From the NCBI GenBank assembly GCA_963796955.1, contig CAWCNJ010000005.1, forward strand, positions 160,001-224,000: a stretch of 64,000 bases of DNA, read 5' to 3'. Each line of letters begins with the position of its first letter. The stretch's first letter is position 1. The position numbers and the translations under genes are program-made. A model generated the notes under the pieces. The model was given only the letters and a program-made list of their open reading frames with translations. It searched no databases and was not told the origin of the DNA. The DNA comes from Endomicrobiales bacterium (GTDB lineage Bacteria > Elusimicrobiota > Endomicrobiia > Endomicrobiales > JALOBY01). This document shows positions 9,309-18,663 of this stretch, one piece after another.

Positions 9309-12250
9309 CCGAACTCGTTAAGGAACAAATACGGAACGTAGATGTACGGGGCTTGGAAGCGGAACTGAAAGCCCGGGTGAACGGGGAAGTACGTTTTGAC
9401 GCCGGCGCGCGTGCGCTGTACGCGACCGACGGTTCCAATTACCGTCAGGAACCGCTGGGCGTGGTGCTGCCGCACGATCGGGAGGCGGTGAAAGATGCGG
9501 TAACGATCTGTCACCGTTACGGCGCCCCCATCATTTCCCGCGGCTGCGGCACCGGCCTTGCCGGCCAGACCTGCGGCGCGGGCGTGATCATAGACCACTC
9601 GAAATATTATAACCATATATTGAGCATGGACGGACAGCGCCGCACCGCGGTGGTGGAACCCGGCGTGATACTGGACCGTTTGCGCGAAAAAGCCCAGCGC
9701 GAATTTACGCTAACGTTCACGGCGGATCCCGCCACCCACGCCTATTGCACGCTGGGCGGCATGCTGGGCAATGATTCCTGCGGCGTTCACTCGGTCATGG
9801 GCGGTCGCACCGTTGATAACGTCGAAGAAATGGAAGTGATGACGGCCGACGGGATCGTTATGCGCGTGGGGCCCACCTCCGAAAAAGAACTTGAGGAAAT
9901 TATCGCCGCGGGCGGCCGGCGCGGCCAGATCTATCAGGCGATGAAGAACATCCGCGACAAATATGCGCAGCTTATCCGTAAGCGTTACCCGAAAATACCG
10001 CGGCGGGTTTCCGGCTACAACCTGGATGAATTACTGCCCGAGAACGGCTTTAACGTTGCGCGTGCCCTGGTAGGTACCGAAAGCACCTGCGTGACCATAC
10101 TTGAGGCGACGCTTAAACTTATTTACAGCCCGCCAAAACGCGCGCTGGTGGTGTTCGGGTATCCCGACGTATACAGCGCGGCCGATCATGTGGAACAATT
10201 AATGCAGTTCAAGCCGACGGCGCTGGAAGGCATGGATTCCCTGCTGGTGCGCTTTATGAAACTGATGCACCTGCACCCCCGGGATATTGAACTGCTGCCG
10301 AAGGGAAAGGGCTGGCTGCTGGTGGAGTTCGGCGGCGACAGCGACGAAGAGGCGCAAGATAACGCGAAAAAATGTATGCAGGCGATACGCCAATTGCCGG
10401 ATGCGCCCTCCATGAAACTGTTCGACGACCCGGCGCAGGAACACGCGGTCTGGACCGTGCGGGAATCAGGCCTTGGCGCGACGGCGAACGTGCCGGGCCA
10501 GCCCCTGCAATGGGATGGGTGGGAAGACGCGGCCATCGCGCCGGCGAAGCTCGGCAAGTATCTGCGGGAATTTCGCGACCTGCTGAACAAACACGGCTAT
10601 GTCGCCTCACTCTACGGCCATTTCGGGCAGGGGTGCGTGCATTGCCGCATCAGTTTTGATTTTTTCACTAAACAGGGCATCGACAATTATAATAGTTTTA
10701 TCGACGAAGCATCCGATCTGGTCGTAAAATACGGCGGCTCGTTCAGCGCCGAGCACGGCGACGGCCAATCCAAGGCGGTGTTCCTGCCGAAAATGTACGG
10801 GCCGGAACTGGTGGAGGCCTTTTGGGAATTTAAAAAAGCATGGGACCCGAACAACATCATGAACCCCGGAAAAATAGTGCACCCCTACCTGCCCGACGAA
10901 AACCTGCGGCTCGGCACGGATTATAACCCCATTCAGTCCCCAACACATTTTAAATTCCCAAAAGACGACGGCAGCCTGGCCAGGGCCACCCTGCGGTGCG
11001 TCGGCGTCGGTAAATGCCGCCGCACGGAAGACGCCTTCATGTGCCCCAGCTTTCTGGTTACCCGCGAAGAACAGCACACGACCCGGGGCAGGGCGCACAC
11101 GTTGTTTGAAATGACGCGCGGTGATATTATACGATCAGGCTGGAAAAGTCAGGAGGTAAAAGACGCCCTGGAATTATGCCTCGGCTGTAAAGCCTGTAAA
11201 AAAGATTGTCCGGTCAATGTGGATATAGACCAGTACAAGTCGGAATTCCTGTATCACTATTATCGCGGCACAGTGCGCCCGCCGGTCTCGTACCTGATGG
11301 GCTACATAGGCCTGCTTGCCCCGCTTGGCGCGCGGTTCTATCAGCTGGCGAATTTTCTGGCTGACGCCCCGCTTATAGGCCTGGCCGCAAAAGTAGCCAC
11401 GGGCATCGCGCCGGAACGCAGTATCCCGTTATTTGCGCCCCAGCCGTTCACCCAGTGGTTCGCGCGCAACAAAACCGGTCAGGCGGGAAAAAAGAAAGTG
11501 GTGCTGTATACGGATGTTTTCAATAATTATTTTTACCCGCACACCCTGCAGGCGGCGTACCTGATCCTGCGGAACTGGGGCTATAACGTTATAGTGCCGC
11601 CCGGCAGAATATACGCGCCGCGGCCCCTGCTGCATTACGGGTTCCTGGATTCGGCCATCAGCGAGATACGGAAAGCCGTCCAAAAACTGAGCGCCTATAT
11701 CAGGGAAGGCATTCCCGTGATCTTTTGTGAGCCAAGCTCAGCTTCAGTATATCGCGACGAGGTTCCCGCCTTGTTCCCCGCCGAGCCCGACATGCAGCGC
11801 ATGACCGAAAATTCAGTCCTGCTCAGCGAGTTCATAGAACAGAATTCTCTGCCCCTGCCGGTCCTGAGCGGTAAAGCGGTATTTCACGCCCATTGTCACC
11901 AGCGGGCCGTGCTGAACCCCGATGCCGCCCGCAACATTATCCGCAAACTCGGCCTGGACTTTTCCGAACCGCAAAAAACCTGTTGTGGCATGGCAGGCTC
12001 CTTCGGCTACGAAGCCAAAAAGTACCCCATCTCCCAGAAGATCGGTGAAACAAAACTCTTCCCCGAGATACGCAGCGCACCCCCCGACAGCTACATCGTC
12101 GCCGAAGGTTTCAGCTGCCGTACCCAGATAAAAGACGGCACCGGCCGCTCACCCCTGCATGTATCGGAGCTGCTGCTGCTGGCGCTCCGCGACAAGCGCA
12201 ATGAGCGACTACTGCACCCCGAAGTAAAGCAGGTATTCGCCCAGGACTAG
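9296..12250 (+). CDS. FAD-linked oxidase fused to 4Fe-4S and CCG domains (GlcD/GlcF-like)
   Basis: RGCGTGLAGQ, SAEHGDG, CVGVGKC, CLGCKACKKDCP, CCGMAG. Confidence 0.9.
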   Translation: MSEIAELVKEQIRNVDVRGLEAELKARVNGEVRFDAGARALYATDGSNYRQEPLGVVLPHDREAVKDAVTICHRYGAPIISRGCGTGLAGQTCGAGVIIDHSKYYNHILSMDGQRRTAVVEPGVILDRLREKAQREFTLTFTADPATHAYCTLGGMLGNDSCGVHSVMGGRTVDNVEEMEVMTADGIVMRVGPTSEKELEEIIAAGGRRGQIYQAMKNIRDKYAQLIRKRYPKIPRRVSGYNLDELLPENGFNVARALVGTESTCVTILEATLKLIYSPPKRALVVFGYPDVYSAADHVEQLMQFKPTALEGMDSLLVRFMKLMHLHPRDIELLPKGKGWLLVEFGGDSDEEAQDNAKKCMQAIRQLPDAPSMKLFDDPAQEHAVWTVRESGLGATANVPGQPLQWDGWEDAAIAPAKLGKYLREFRDLLNKHGYVASLYGHFGQGCVHCRISFDFFTKQGIDNYNSFIDEASDLVVKYGGSFSAEHGDGQSKAVFLPKMYGPELVEAFWEFKKAWDPNNIMNPGKIVHPYLPDENLRLGTDYNPIQSPTHFKFPKDDGSLARATLRCVGVGKCRRTEDAFMCPSFLVTREEQHTTRGRAHTLFEMTRGDIIRSGWKSQEVKDALELCLGCKACKKDCPVNVDIDQYKSEFLYHYYRGTVRPPVSYLMGYIGLLAPLGARFYQLANFLADAPLIGLAAKVATGIAPERSIPLFAPQPFTQWFARNKTGQAGKKKVVLYTDVFNNYFYPHTLQAAYLILRNWGYNVIVPPGRIYAPRPLLHYGFLDSAISEIRKAVQKLSAYIREGIPVIFCEPSSASVYRDEVPALFPAEPDMQRMTENSVLLSEFIEQNSLPLPVLSGKAVFHAHCHQRAVLNPDAARNIIRKLGLDFSEPQKTCCGMAGSFGYEAKKYPISQKIGETKLFPEIRSAPPDSYIVAEGFSCRTQIKDGTGRSPLHVSELLLLALRDKRNERLLHPEVKQVFAQD

Positions 12251-12319
12251 GCACACCCCGCGAACAAGCCGAAAGCAAGCCCCTATTTTCTGGCCTTGCT
12301 AATATTCACAAATTTCCTC

Positions 12320-12358
12320 GCATGCTTGTACCCATTGGTAACCCAAATGGATACCTAC
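12320..12358 (+). repeat. 39-bp direct repeat, copy 1 (copy 2 at 14259-14297)
   Basis: GCATGCTTGTACCCATT(G/T)GTAACCCAAATGGA(T/C)ACCTAC, 2 mismatches. Confidence 0.9.
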
Positions 12359-12408
12359 ACCCGCTAATTTAACTTGCAATGTTAAATTATAAGGGTTATA
12401 ATAAGATC

Positions 12409-13620
12409 ATGAAATACTTAAACCGCACTCTTTCCAGCAAAATACTTAAAGCTGTAAAAACCTTTCCTGCTCTTGTTTTGACCGGCCCCAGGCAGGTTGG
12501 GAAAACTACTCTGCTGAAGAAGATGTTTTCCACCACCCACCAATTCGTCAGCCTTGAAAACCCGGATATTCGTATGAGAGCAAAGGCTGATCCCGCTGGA
12601 TTCATTAAAGGTTTCACAAAGTCGGCAATAATTGATGAGATCCAGTATATGCCTGAATTATTGTCATATATTAAAAGCGCGATAGACGAAGACCGCAGGC
12701 CGGGACGGTGGCTGCTAACCGGTTCCCAACAGTTTGCTTTGATGCATAATGTGAGCCAGTCCCTTGCGGGAAGGGCGGCGATCATGTCGTTGTTACCGTT
12801 CTCTTTGTCAGAGGCCTCGGGCAATGGCGCTTCGTCATTATCTGTTGCACAGTGGGTGAGTGGCAGAAAGCAGCCGCCCGAGAAACTTAAGCTTAATGAC
12901 TGTCTATTAAGAGGTTTTTACCCGGAAATAGCGCTTAATAAAAAAGTTGACCGCCAGCTTTGGTGCGGCTCGTATATAAACACGTATCTTGAAAGGGATA
13001 TAAGAAATATTGCCCATGTAGGCGACCTGTCGCAGTTTGAGCATTTTGTGACAATGTGCGCGGTGCGGACAGGCCAGGTGCTTAACATGTCCGAAATGGC
13101 AAGGGATCTGGGAATTAGCGTTACGACGGCTAAAAGGTGGGTTTCAATACTCGAGACCGGGTTCCAGGTAGTGTTGCTTTACCCGTATTACAGGAACATT
13201 GGTAAGCGAATGGTTAAAAACCCCAAGATCTATTTTAATGACCCTGCACTTTGTTGCTACTTGCTGGGTTTAAATGATTTTGAGACACTTAAAAACAGTC
13301 CGCATTTCGGCAGCATATTTGAGACGATGATAGTGATGGATTTTTGGAAACGGTTCATGCACTCGGGAGAAAAGCCATCGATGTATTATATTAGGACGCA
13401 GGATGGACTGGAAGTTGATCTTGTGCTGGATATTGGCGGCAAATTACATTTGATAGAAGTTAAAAGCGGGATGACTGTAATCCCAAAACACGCGGCATCC
13501 ATGCTGCGCCTTATGGGCGAGCTAAAAGATCAAATACAATCAGGTTCAATAATATCCCGTGCCGAGAATGTGGCTTCGCTGGGAAACAATATAAGCCATT
13601 ATAACTGGGCCGAGCTGTAA
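12409..13620 (+). CDS. AAA_14/DUF4143-type ATPase with C-terminal PD-(D/E)XK-like domain
   Basis: GPRQVGKTT, IIDEIQ, LTGSQ, EVDLV..IEVK; TTGCAA-17-TATAAT ends 6 bp before the ATG. Confidence 0.9.
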   Translation: MKYLNRTLSSKILKAVKTFPALVLTGPRQVGKTTLLKKMFSTTHQFVSLENPDIRMRAKADPAGFIKGFTKSAIIDEIQYMPELLSYIKSAIDEDRRPGRWLLTGSQQFALMHNVSQSLAGRAAIMSLLPFSLSEASGNGASSLSVAQWVSGRKQPPEKLKLNDCLLRGFYPEIALNKKVDRQLWCGSYINTYLERDIRNIAHVGDLSQFEHFVTMCAVRTGQVLNMSEMARDLGISVTTAKRWVSILETGFQVVLLYPYYRNIGKRMVKNPKIYFNDPALCCYLLGLNDFETLKNSPHFGSIFETMIVMDFWKRFMHSGEKPSMYYIRTQDGLEVDLVLDIGGKLHLIEVKSGMTVIPKHAASMLRLMGELKDQIQSGSIISRAENVASLGNNISHYNWAEL

Positions 13621-13646
13621 AAGTGAGCCAGGTACGAGGTACAGGT

Positions 13647-13684
13647 TACGGATTCAGACTTAAGTAGCTTGAGTAAATTGACTT
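13647..13684 (+). repeat. Degenerate solo copy of the left end of the HUH-transposase element
   Basis: 34/38 identity to 29375-29412. Confidence 0.8.
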
Positions 13685-13726
13685 ATTTGGAAGGAAGTGA
13701 GTAGAAGTATACATACCGCCCTTTGT

Positions 13727-13755
13727 TTGAGAAAATTCTTAAAGAATGCTATACT
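13727..13755 (+). promoter_or_regulatory. Sigma70-type promoter upstream of the tRNA fragments (near-identical copy at 17985-18013)
   Basis: TTGAGA-17 bp-TATACT with extended TG. Confidence 0.7.
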
Positions 13756-13881
13756 GCCACCGATGGTAAATATGTGTTTTGTACAAGCTGGGATCAAGAA
13801 TAGACACCCAGTGGACAACCAGTGGTTTAGACCGGAAAATAGCCAAGCTAAAAAAAGCATTGAAAATACAACAAGATAAGC

Positions 13882-14025
13882 ACAAATGGAAGGATGGGCG
13901 CGTGTTGCGACGAACAGGAGCAACGAGAAACGCGCGGGCACCGCAGCAGAGCGAGGATGCCCCGGACGAGACAGAAAGTCAGCGTAAGCTTAGAAGATAG
14001 CGTAACAAATGGAAGGATGGCCGAG
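13882..14025 (+). repeat. 144-bp direct repeat identical to 18059-18202 (leader, structured insert, tRNA 5' end)
   Basis: Base-by-base comparison. Confidence 0.9.
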
Positions 14026-14126
14026 TGGGCCACAGTGCGACGAATAGGAGCACAAGCTTGTGGCGGGCGCTTGATGAAAACGCACCGGAACCACATCCTG
14101 GACAGACTGTAACGAACGTAGTGAGT

Positions 14127-14165
14127 GGAAGGATGGCCGAGTGGTTTAAGGCGCTAGTCTTGAAA
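14127..14165 (+). pseudogene. 5' half of tRNA-Ser(TGA) ending at the anticodon loop (att-like junction)
   Basis: 38/39 identical to 18188-18226; ends in CTTGAAA. Confidence 0.9.
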
Positions 14166-14318
14166 TCCTCCCGACGGTAAAACAGCAATTCCGACGACAA
14201 CCCCAAATCCCACGTTTTACCGACGACAAAAGCCATCTTGCGCATTAATGACAACCTTGCATGCTTGTACCCATTTGTAACCCAAATGGACACCTACTGG
14301 ACACCTGATAGACACCTG

Positions 14319-14348
14319 AAACCTTGATAGAAATATCAGGGTTTTTTT
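14319..14348 (+). terminator. Rho-independent terminator
   Basis: AAACCTTGAT..ATCAGGGTTT hairpin plus T-run. Confidence 0.6.
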
Positions 14349-14775
14349 AATCCGTTGGCCCCATTACGTATAAGTTTACCAACGTTTTTCCCAATTACTG
14401 TGTAATTGTAAAACGTTGGAACGTCAACAAAAACGGAATTGGTATGTCAAGGGGGAGGGATACAGGGTGTTTGAGACGTAGAGCTATGTATCGGCCTTAT
14501 AAAAACAACTTCTAGTTAAACATATAGAGGTCACAGGCAATTTTTCAGTAAAAACGGCACGGAATAGGCAAAAACATGGACGCGCCTATTTCGACGTAAG
14601 GAGTTATGCAAAATGTCGTAACCTTAAAGTCCAAGTCCGTGGTGAGATCATTGAAGTGCCATGTCAGTTGTCAAAACGCTATCATAGAGGTACAATACAG
14701 CTAGAAGATCATTTCTATTGGGGAGAAAATCATAAATCATCGGAACATCCAATAGCAAATGTGGCGTAAATATAG

Positions 14776-14913
14776 CAATACGTAGAGGACTTTAATAAAA
14801 TTCCTGATGACGAATGGTATAAATTCATCCAGGCAAATACCAGTTTCGCAAACTGGAATGAGATGCAGAATAAAGCGGCGGGTGAGTGGGGTGCGAAAAA
14901 GATGGGCCTGTAA
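14776..14913 (+). pseudogene. C-terminal remnant of a small hypothetical protein
   Basis: Startless frame VEDFNKIPDDEWYKFIQANTSFANWNEMQNKAAGEWGAKKMGL* ending 8 bp before the next ATG. Confidence 0.45.
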
Positions 14914-14921
14914 AGGGGTGA

Positions 14922-16094
14922 TTGGCAATGAATACACAATCCGCAGATCTTCTCATTAAATTTCTAGAAAGTGATGGTGTCAAATATCCACGAATCAGAG
15001 CGGGCAACGTTGATTTTCAGGAATATATTACCAGTATTTATCAGCAATATATTAAGGAGGTCAAAGACCACGCCGATGCCTTGAATGCTTTGGGATTAAT
15101 TGTTGATGACGAATTGCCATTTTTAATAAGCCAAATGGGAGCTATAAATGATGCATTAGAGGCATATTTGAAGGGACAACCCGCAAAAGCCTATAATTTT
15201 ATAGCGAAGTGGATGGATGATAATCGAAATGCATATCAAATACTTCAACCGAATTATGCGCAATACGAAGATCAAGTTGTTTCTCTGTACCGTATAAGGG
15301 AAATAAAATCCGAGGAAATAATAACAGAACCAAAAAACATGTTTCATGTGCCTTTTGAAAAAAGACATAAGATTAAGAGATATAGGTTTAGTATTCCAGG
15401 GTATCCATGTTTATATGCCGGTTCATCAGTTTATGCAAGTTGTCAAGAATTAAATGGTGTGTCGCTTAGTAATATATGTGCAATATTGTTAAAACCTACA
15501 GAAAAAAATATCAAAATTCTTGATTTTGGAATAACACCCAAACGGATCGCAGCATGCATAAGGAATATAGTGAAGGATGGTAATCAACATATATTACAAC
15601 GTGAACAAAACTGTAAGGATATTAAAGCACGGATTCTTATGTGGCCAATGCAAGTCGTAAGTATGCTTGAAGTTTTATATAAAGAGGAGCCATTTGTTCC
15701 AGAATACATAATACCACAACTTCTTCTTCAATATATACAAGATGATAAATATGGTAATCAAGTTATTTCGGGGATACGTTATTATTCAACGAAGTGCCAT
15801 ATACAAAATGACAATACAAGATTGGGTTGTAATTATGTATTTCCTGTTAAAACAATTAAAAAACAAGGATATTGTGCAAGCCTTATAAATCTATATCATG
15901 CTTCAGATCTAATTAATTATGCTGAATACATAAAAGGGAAACATTGGGGAACTCCTAGATCGTCAGATTCTTCCGAAGAAATTACTTTTGAGGATAACGG
16001 AATATCAAAAACCTTACCATATCTTAATACTGATATGTATACATTGGAAATGTGGCTTAACAATCTAAATAATACAGTGAGGCCAATATCGTAG
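14922..16094 (+). CDS. RES-domain-like protein
   Basis: LYRIR, RFSIPGYPCLY, ASCQE, EYIIPQL, GIRYYST pattern; low GC. Confidence 0.6.
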   Translation: MAMNTQSADLLIKFLESDGVKYPRIRAGNVDFQEYITSIYQQYIKEVKDHADALNALGLIVDDELPFLISQMGAINDALEAYLKGQPAKAYNFIAKWMDDNRNAYQILQPNYAQYEDQVVSLYRIREIKSEEIITEPKNMFHVPFEKRHKIKRYRFSIPGYPCLYAGSSVYASCQELNGVSLSNICAILLKPTEKNIKILDFGITPKRIAACIRNIVKDGNQHILQREQNCKDIKARILMWPMQVVSMLEVLYKEEPFVPEYIIPQLLLQYIQDDKYGNQVISGIRYYSTKCHIQNDNTRLGCNYVFPVKTIKKQGYCASLINLYHASDLINYAEYIKGKHWGTPRSSDSSEEITFEDNGISKTLPYLNTDMYTLEMWLNNLNNTVRPIS

Positions 16095-16211
16095 ATATTT
16101 AATCATGCCCAGTAGGTGAGTTCACGATTATTTTTTGTAATACACCTTGATAATTCAGGAACTTGATAACTCTTAAAATGATCTAAAACCAGGCACCAAC
16201 AAAGGCACATC

Positions 16212-16306
16212 CAAAGTTAACCACAAACTCCACAAGCTACTACGTTCCGCTTCGCTCTGGGAGCACGCTACACTTCGTACCTTGATGGATTTTATGGATA
16301 ACTTTG
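16212..16306. mobile_element. 95-bp MITE-like element
   Basis: 21-bp terminal inverted repeats (18/21) flanked by ACATC direct repeats at 16207-16211 and 16307-16311. Confidence 0.55.
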
Positions 16307-16326
16307 ACATCCAAGTGGGTATTAAA

Positions 16327-17187
16327 TTATTTAATTTTTGTAAGAAGATTTTTAATTACTTCAACGGTTCTTTTTCTCAAGAAACCTTTCTCAAAGCTGC
16401 CGGGCAACAAGGCAAGTTCTTCAATTCCCTTTGGCCCGCGTGACGCCTCGGTTCTAAAATATTTCGTCAAGTTATCACAGAAATGGTTAAACATATCAGG
16501 ATCCTGGCTCTTATATCCTTTAAGCTTTGTATAAAATGCTTCTTTATTGGCTTCGGGAATATATTCAGCAACATAATATACTGACCACAGATCCTTCTTG
16601 AACTTATACTCGCCGTCTTTGCCTTTTACATCGCGTTCAGCGCAGGCAAGCCCTTTAAGGTAGAGATAAGCGGCAGGTACAGGTATTGTAACCTGGGCAG
16701 ATAACTTCCCAACCGTTACATCCGCCTTCATAAGGCTGGTTTTATCAAGCAGTATTTCCGTATATCCCATAGGTGCAACGTCTACGCCGTGTCCGGCAAC
16801 CCTTTCAATGAGCTTTGGGTCCATCAGCTCATGGCTTATAAGGTCTATCTTCATTTTTAACTCGCCGTTTACTACGGTGTAGCCAAACGGTTCAGCTTCT
16901 TTGGAGTATACTCTCCGTTTTGTATAAATAGCTTTGTGCGAAAACATCTCGGCCAGGGGTATTCCCTTAAACCCAAAGTTTTCTCTTACGGCATAGTCTA
17001 TGTCCGTTGTAGCCATTATGCGTGCGGTGCCAGGGTTTTTCCATACAAAATGCGTGTAAATGAACGGCAGCCAGCCGCCCACAAGAATAACATTGTCTTT
17101 ATACGGCTCCATATCTTTAAGAACTTGTACAAAAAGAGCCTCAGGGCTTATTTCAGGCTTGCCAGTGGAGGAATGAGCCATGTTCAC
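16327..17187 (-). CDS. Nucleotidyltransferase-fold protein (AbiEii/GSU2403-like)
   Basis: ILVGGW, TTDID, P.PAAYLYLK, KKD motifs. Confidence 0.7.
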   Translation of the reverse strand: MNMAHSSTGKPEISPEALFVQVLKDMEPYKDNVILVGGWLPFIYTHFVWKNPGTARIMATTDIDYAVRENFGFKGIPLAEMFSHKAIYTKRRVYSKEAEPFGYTVVNGELKMKIDLISHELMDPKLIERVAGHGVDVAPMGYTEILLDKTSLMKADVTVGKLSAQVTIPVPAAYLYLKGLACAERDVKGKDGEYKFKKDLWSVYYVAEYIPEANKEAFYTKLKGYKSQDPDMFNHFCDNLTKYFRTEASRGPKGIEELALLPGSFEKGFLRKRTVEVIKNLLTKIK

Positions 17188-17863
17188 CTCTTAAAATATT
17201 TTCCATGTGTGAGGCTTGTTGCAGAGCCATGGGATCCTTTGAAGATTTCATGCTCAGATAAGCGTAGAAATCCGGCGTAACGTGCGATCCTGGATTATAT
17301 ATTTCGGAGAGTTTATTAAGAAACCTGTGATATCTTGGCAAAACAATTTCTATATCGCCACCATGATGAACCTTGTTAATTCCGAGTTTTAGCTGTAGTT
17401 CCTGCTGTTTGTACCCGGCAAACCATTCGCGTTCAGGTATAAGTATGGTCAGCCGGTTATCCCGCACTTCTCTAAGGGCTGGCCTTACACCCTGCATACC
17501 ACCAATAAAAAACTTAATGTTTAATGATATAAGGTGCTTTATAATGTCATTATGCGAAAGCTTTGAAACATACTGGAACTGTTTCAACCTGTTATCAGCG
17601 AAGCCTTCAACGCACAGGGCAAGCAACCGTTTAGGGTTAATCAACCTTGACCCGCTATTGGGCCCACGGGCGGCAAGGCTTCTTACGATGATGCGATCTG
17701 CTATCAGAAGATTGAAGAACTCTACAACGTCACTATTCTTGTAACCCTTAAAATCAAGCGTTGACCAAACGGTAGCATCTTTATGATTGCCTGGCGCTGT
17801 CGCCTTCATAAGCATCTCATAAGCTATGCCAAGGTAGGACGATTTAATCTTTAAAAAGCCCAT
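17153..17863 (-). CDS. Hypothetical protein, probable antitoxin-like partner of the nucleotidyltransferase
   Basis: 236-aa ORF overlapping the nucleotidyltransferase start. Confidence 0.55.
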   Translation of the reverse strand: MGFLKIKSSYLGIAYEMLMKATAPGNHKDATVWSTLDFKGYKNSDVVEFFNLLIADRIIVRSLAARGPNSGSRLINPKRLLALCVEGFADNRLKQFQYVSKLSHNDIIKHLISLNIKFFIGGMQGVRPALREVRDNRLTILIPEREWFAGYKQQELQLKLGINKVHHGGDIEIVLPRYHRFLNKLSEIYNPGSHVTPDFYAYLSMKSSKDPMALQQASHMENILRGEHGSFLHWQA

Positions 17864-18187
17864 ATAGGCCCCTTTTTATATATTCCCCTTTTAGACACAT
17901 ATAATAAAGGGAATATATCTATTACCTTTATAGCATACGCTATCAAATATTGCAATGATTACGATTAGTACATCCGCACGTTTCTTGAGAAAGTCCTTAA
18001 AGAATGCTATACTGCCACCGATGTTAAATATGTAGTATGCCTGCTCTGAAAGATTTGTACAAATGGAAGGATGGGCGCGTGTTGCGACGAACAGGAGCAA
18101 CGAGAAACGCGCGGGCACCGCAGCAGAGCGAGGATGCCCCGGACGAGACAGAAAGTCAGCGTAAGCTTAGAAGATAGCGTAACAAAT

Positions 18188-18275
18188 GGAAGGATGGCCG
18201 AGCGGTTTAAGGCGCTAGTCTTGAAAACTAGTGTAGGGTTATACTCTACCGGGGGTTCAAATCCCTCTCCTTCCG
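18188..18275 (+). tRNA. tRNA-Ser(TGA), CCA not encoded
   Basis: GGAAGGA/TCCTTCC acceptor stem, CTAGT-CTTGAAA-ACTAG anticodon arm, long variable arm, GGTTCAAATCC T-arm, G discriminator. Confidence 0.95.
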
Positions 18276-18475
18276 TTGTTTTTTGTCTGGGCCACGGGCC
18301 CATACAAAAAACAACTAATTGGCCAGGGATTTGAAGCTGACCCGACCGCTGCCGCGTAGGCAGAAAAAGGGAGGGCAGCCGATTGCGGGTGAGGGTACGA
18401 AGTACCCGATGGAGCAAAAATCCCTCTCCTTCCGTATCATTTTTCAATCAGTTTTGAGTTGTAGAAATCGCACCT

Positions 18476-18597
18476 AAAAACACCCCGTTTTACCGTCTTG
18501 TGTCCGATTTGTGACGTGTCGTTGCGTCACAAGCCTAAAAAATGCAGAAAATCATAAAAATCTTACGCTCACTTTTTAGTGACCGTAGGATTTTTTT
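18476..18597 (+). repeat. ~120-bp att-proximal block (putative arm sites plus terminator), second copy at ~34947-35067
   Basis: Shared AAAAACACCCCGTTTTACCGTCTTGTGTCCGATTTGTGACGTGTC...AAAATCTTACGCTCAC..GTGACCGTAGGATTTTTT. Confidence 0.85.
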
Positions 18598-18663
18598 GTT
18601 GCCGAAATCCCCTCACCCGTTTACTGTGTTAGTAGGAAGTAAAATCGAGCAAGGGAGAAAAAC

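Noticed and set aside
13882..14165. CRISPR array
   Set aside because: The repeats are tRNA 5' ends of unequal length, the spacers are ~100 bp and structured, and no cas genes are in the window.
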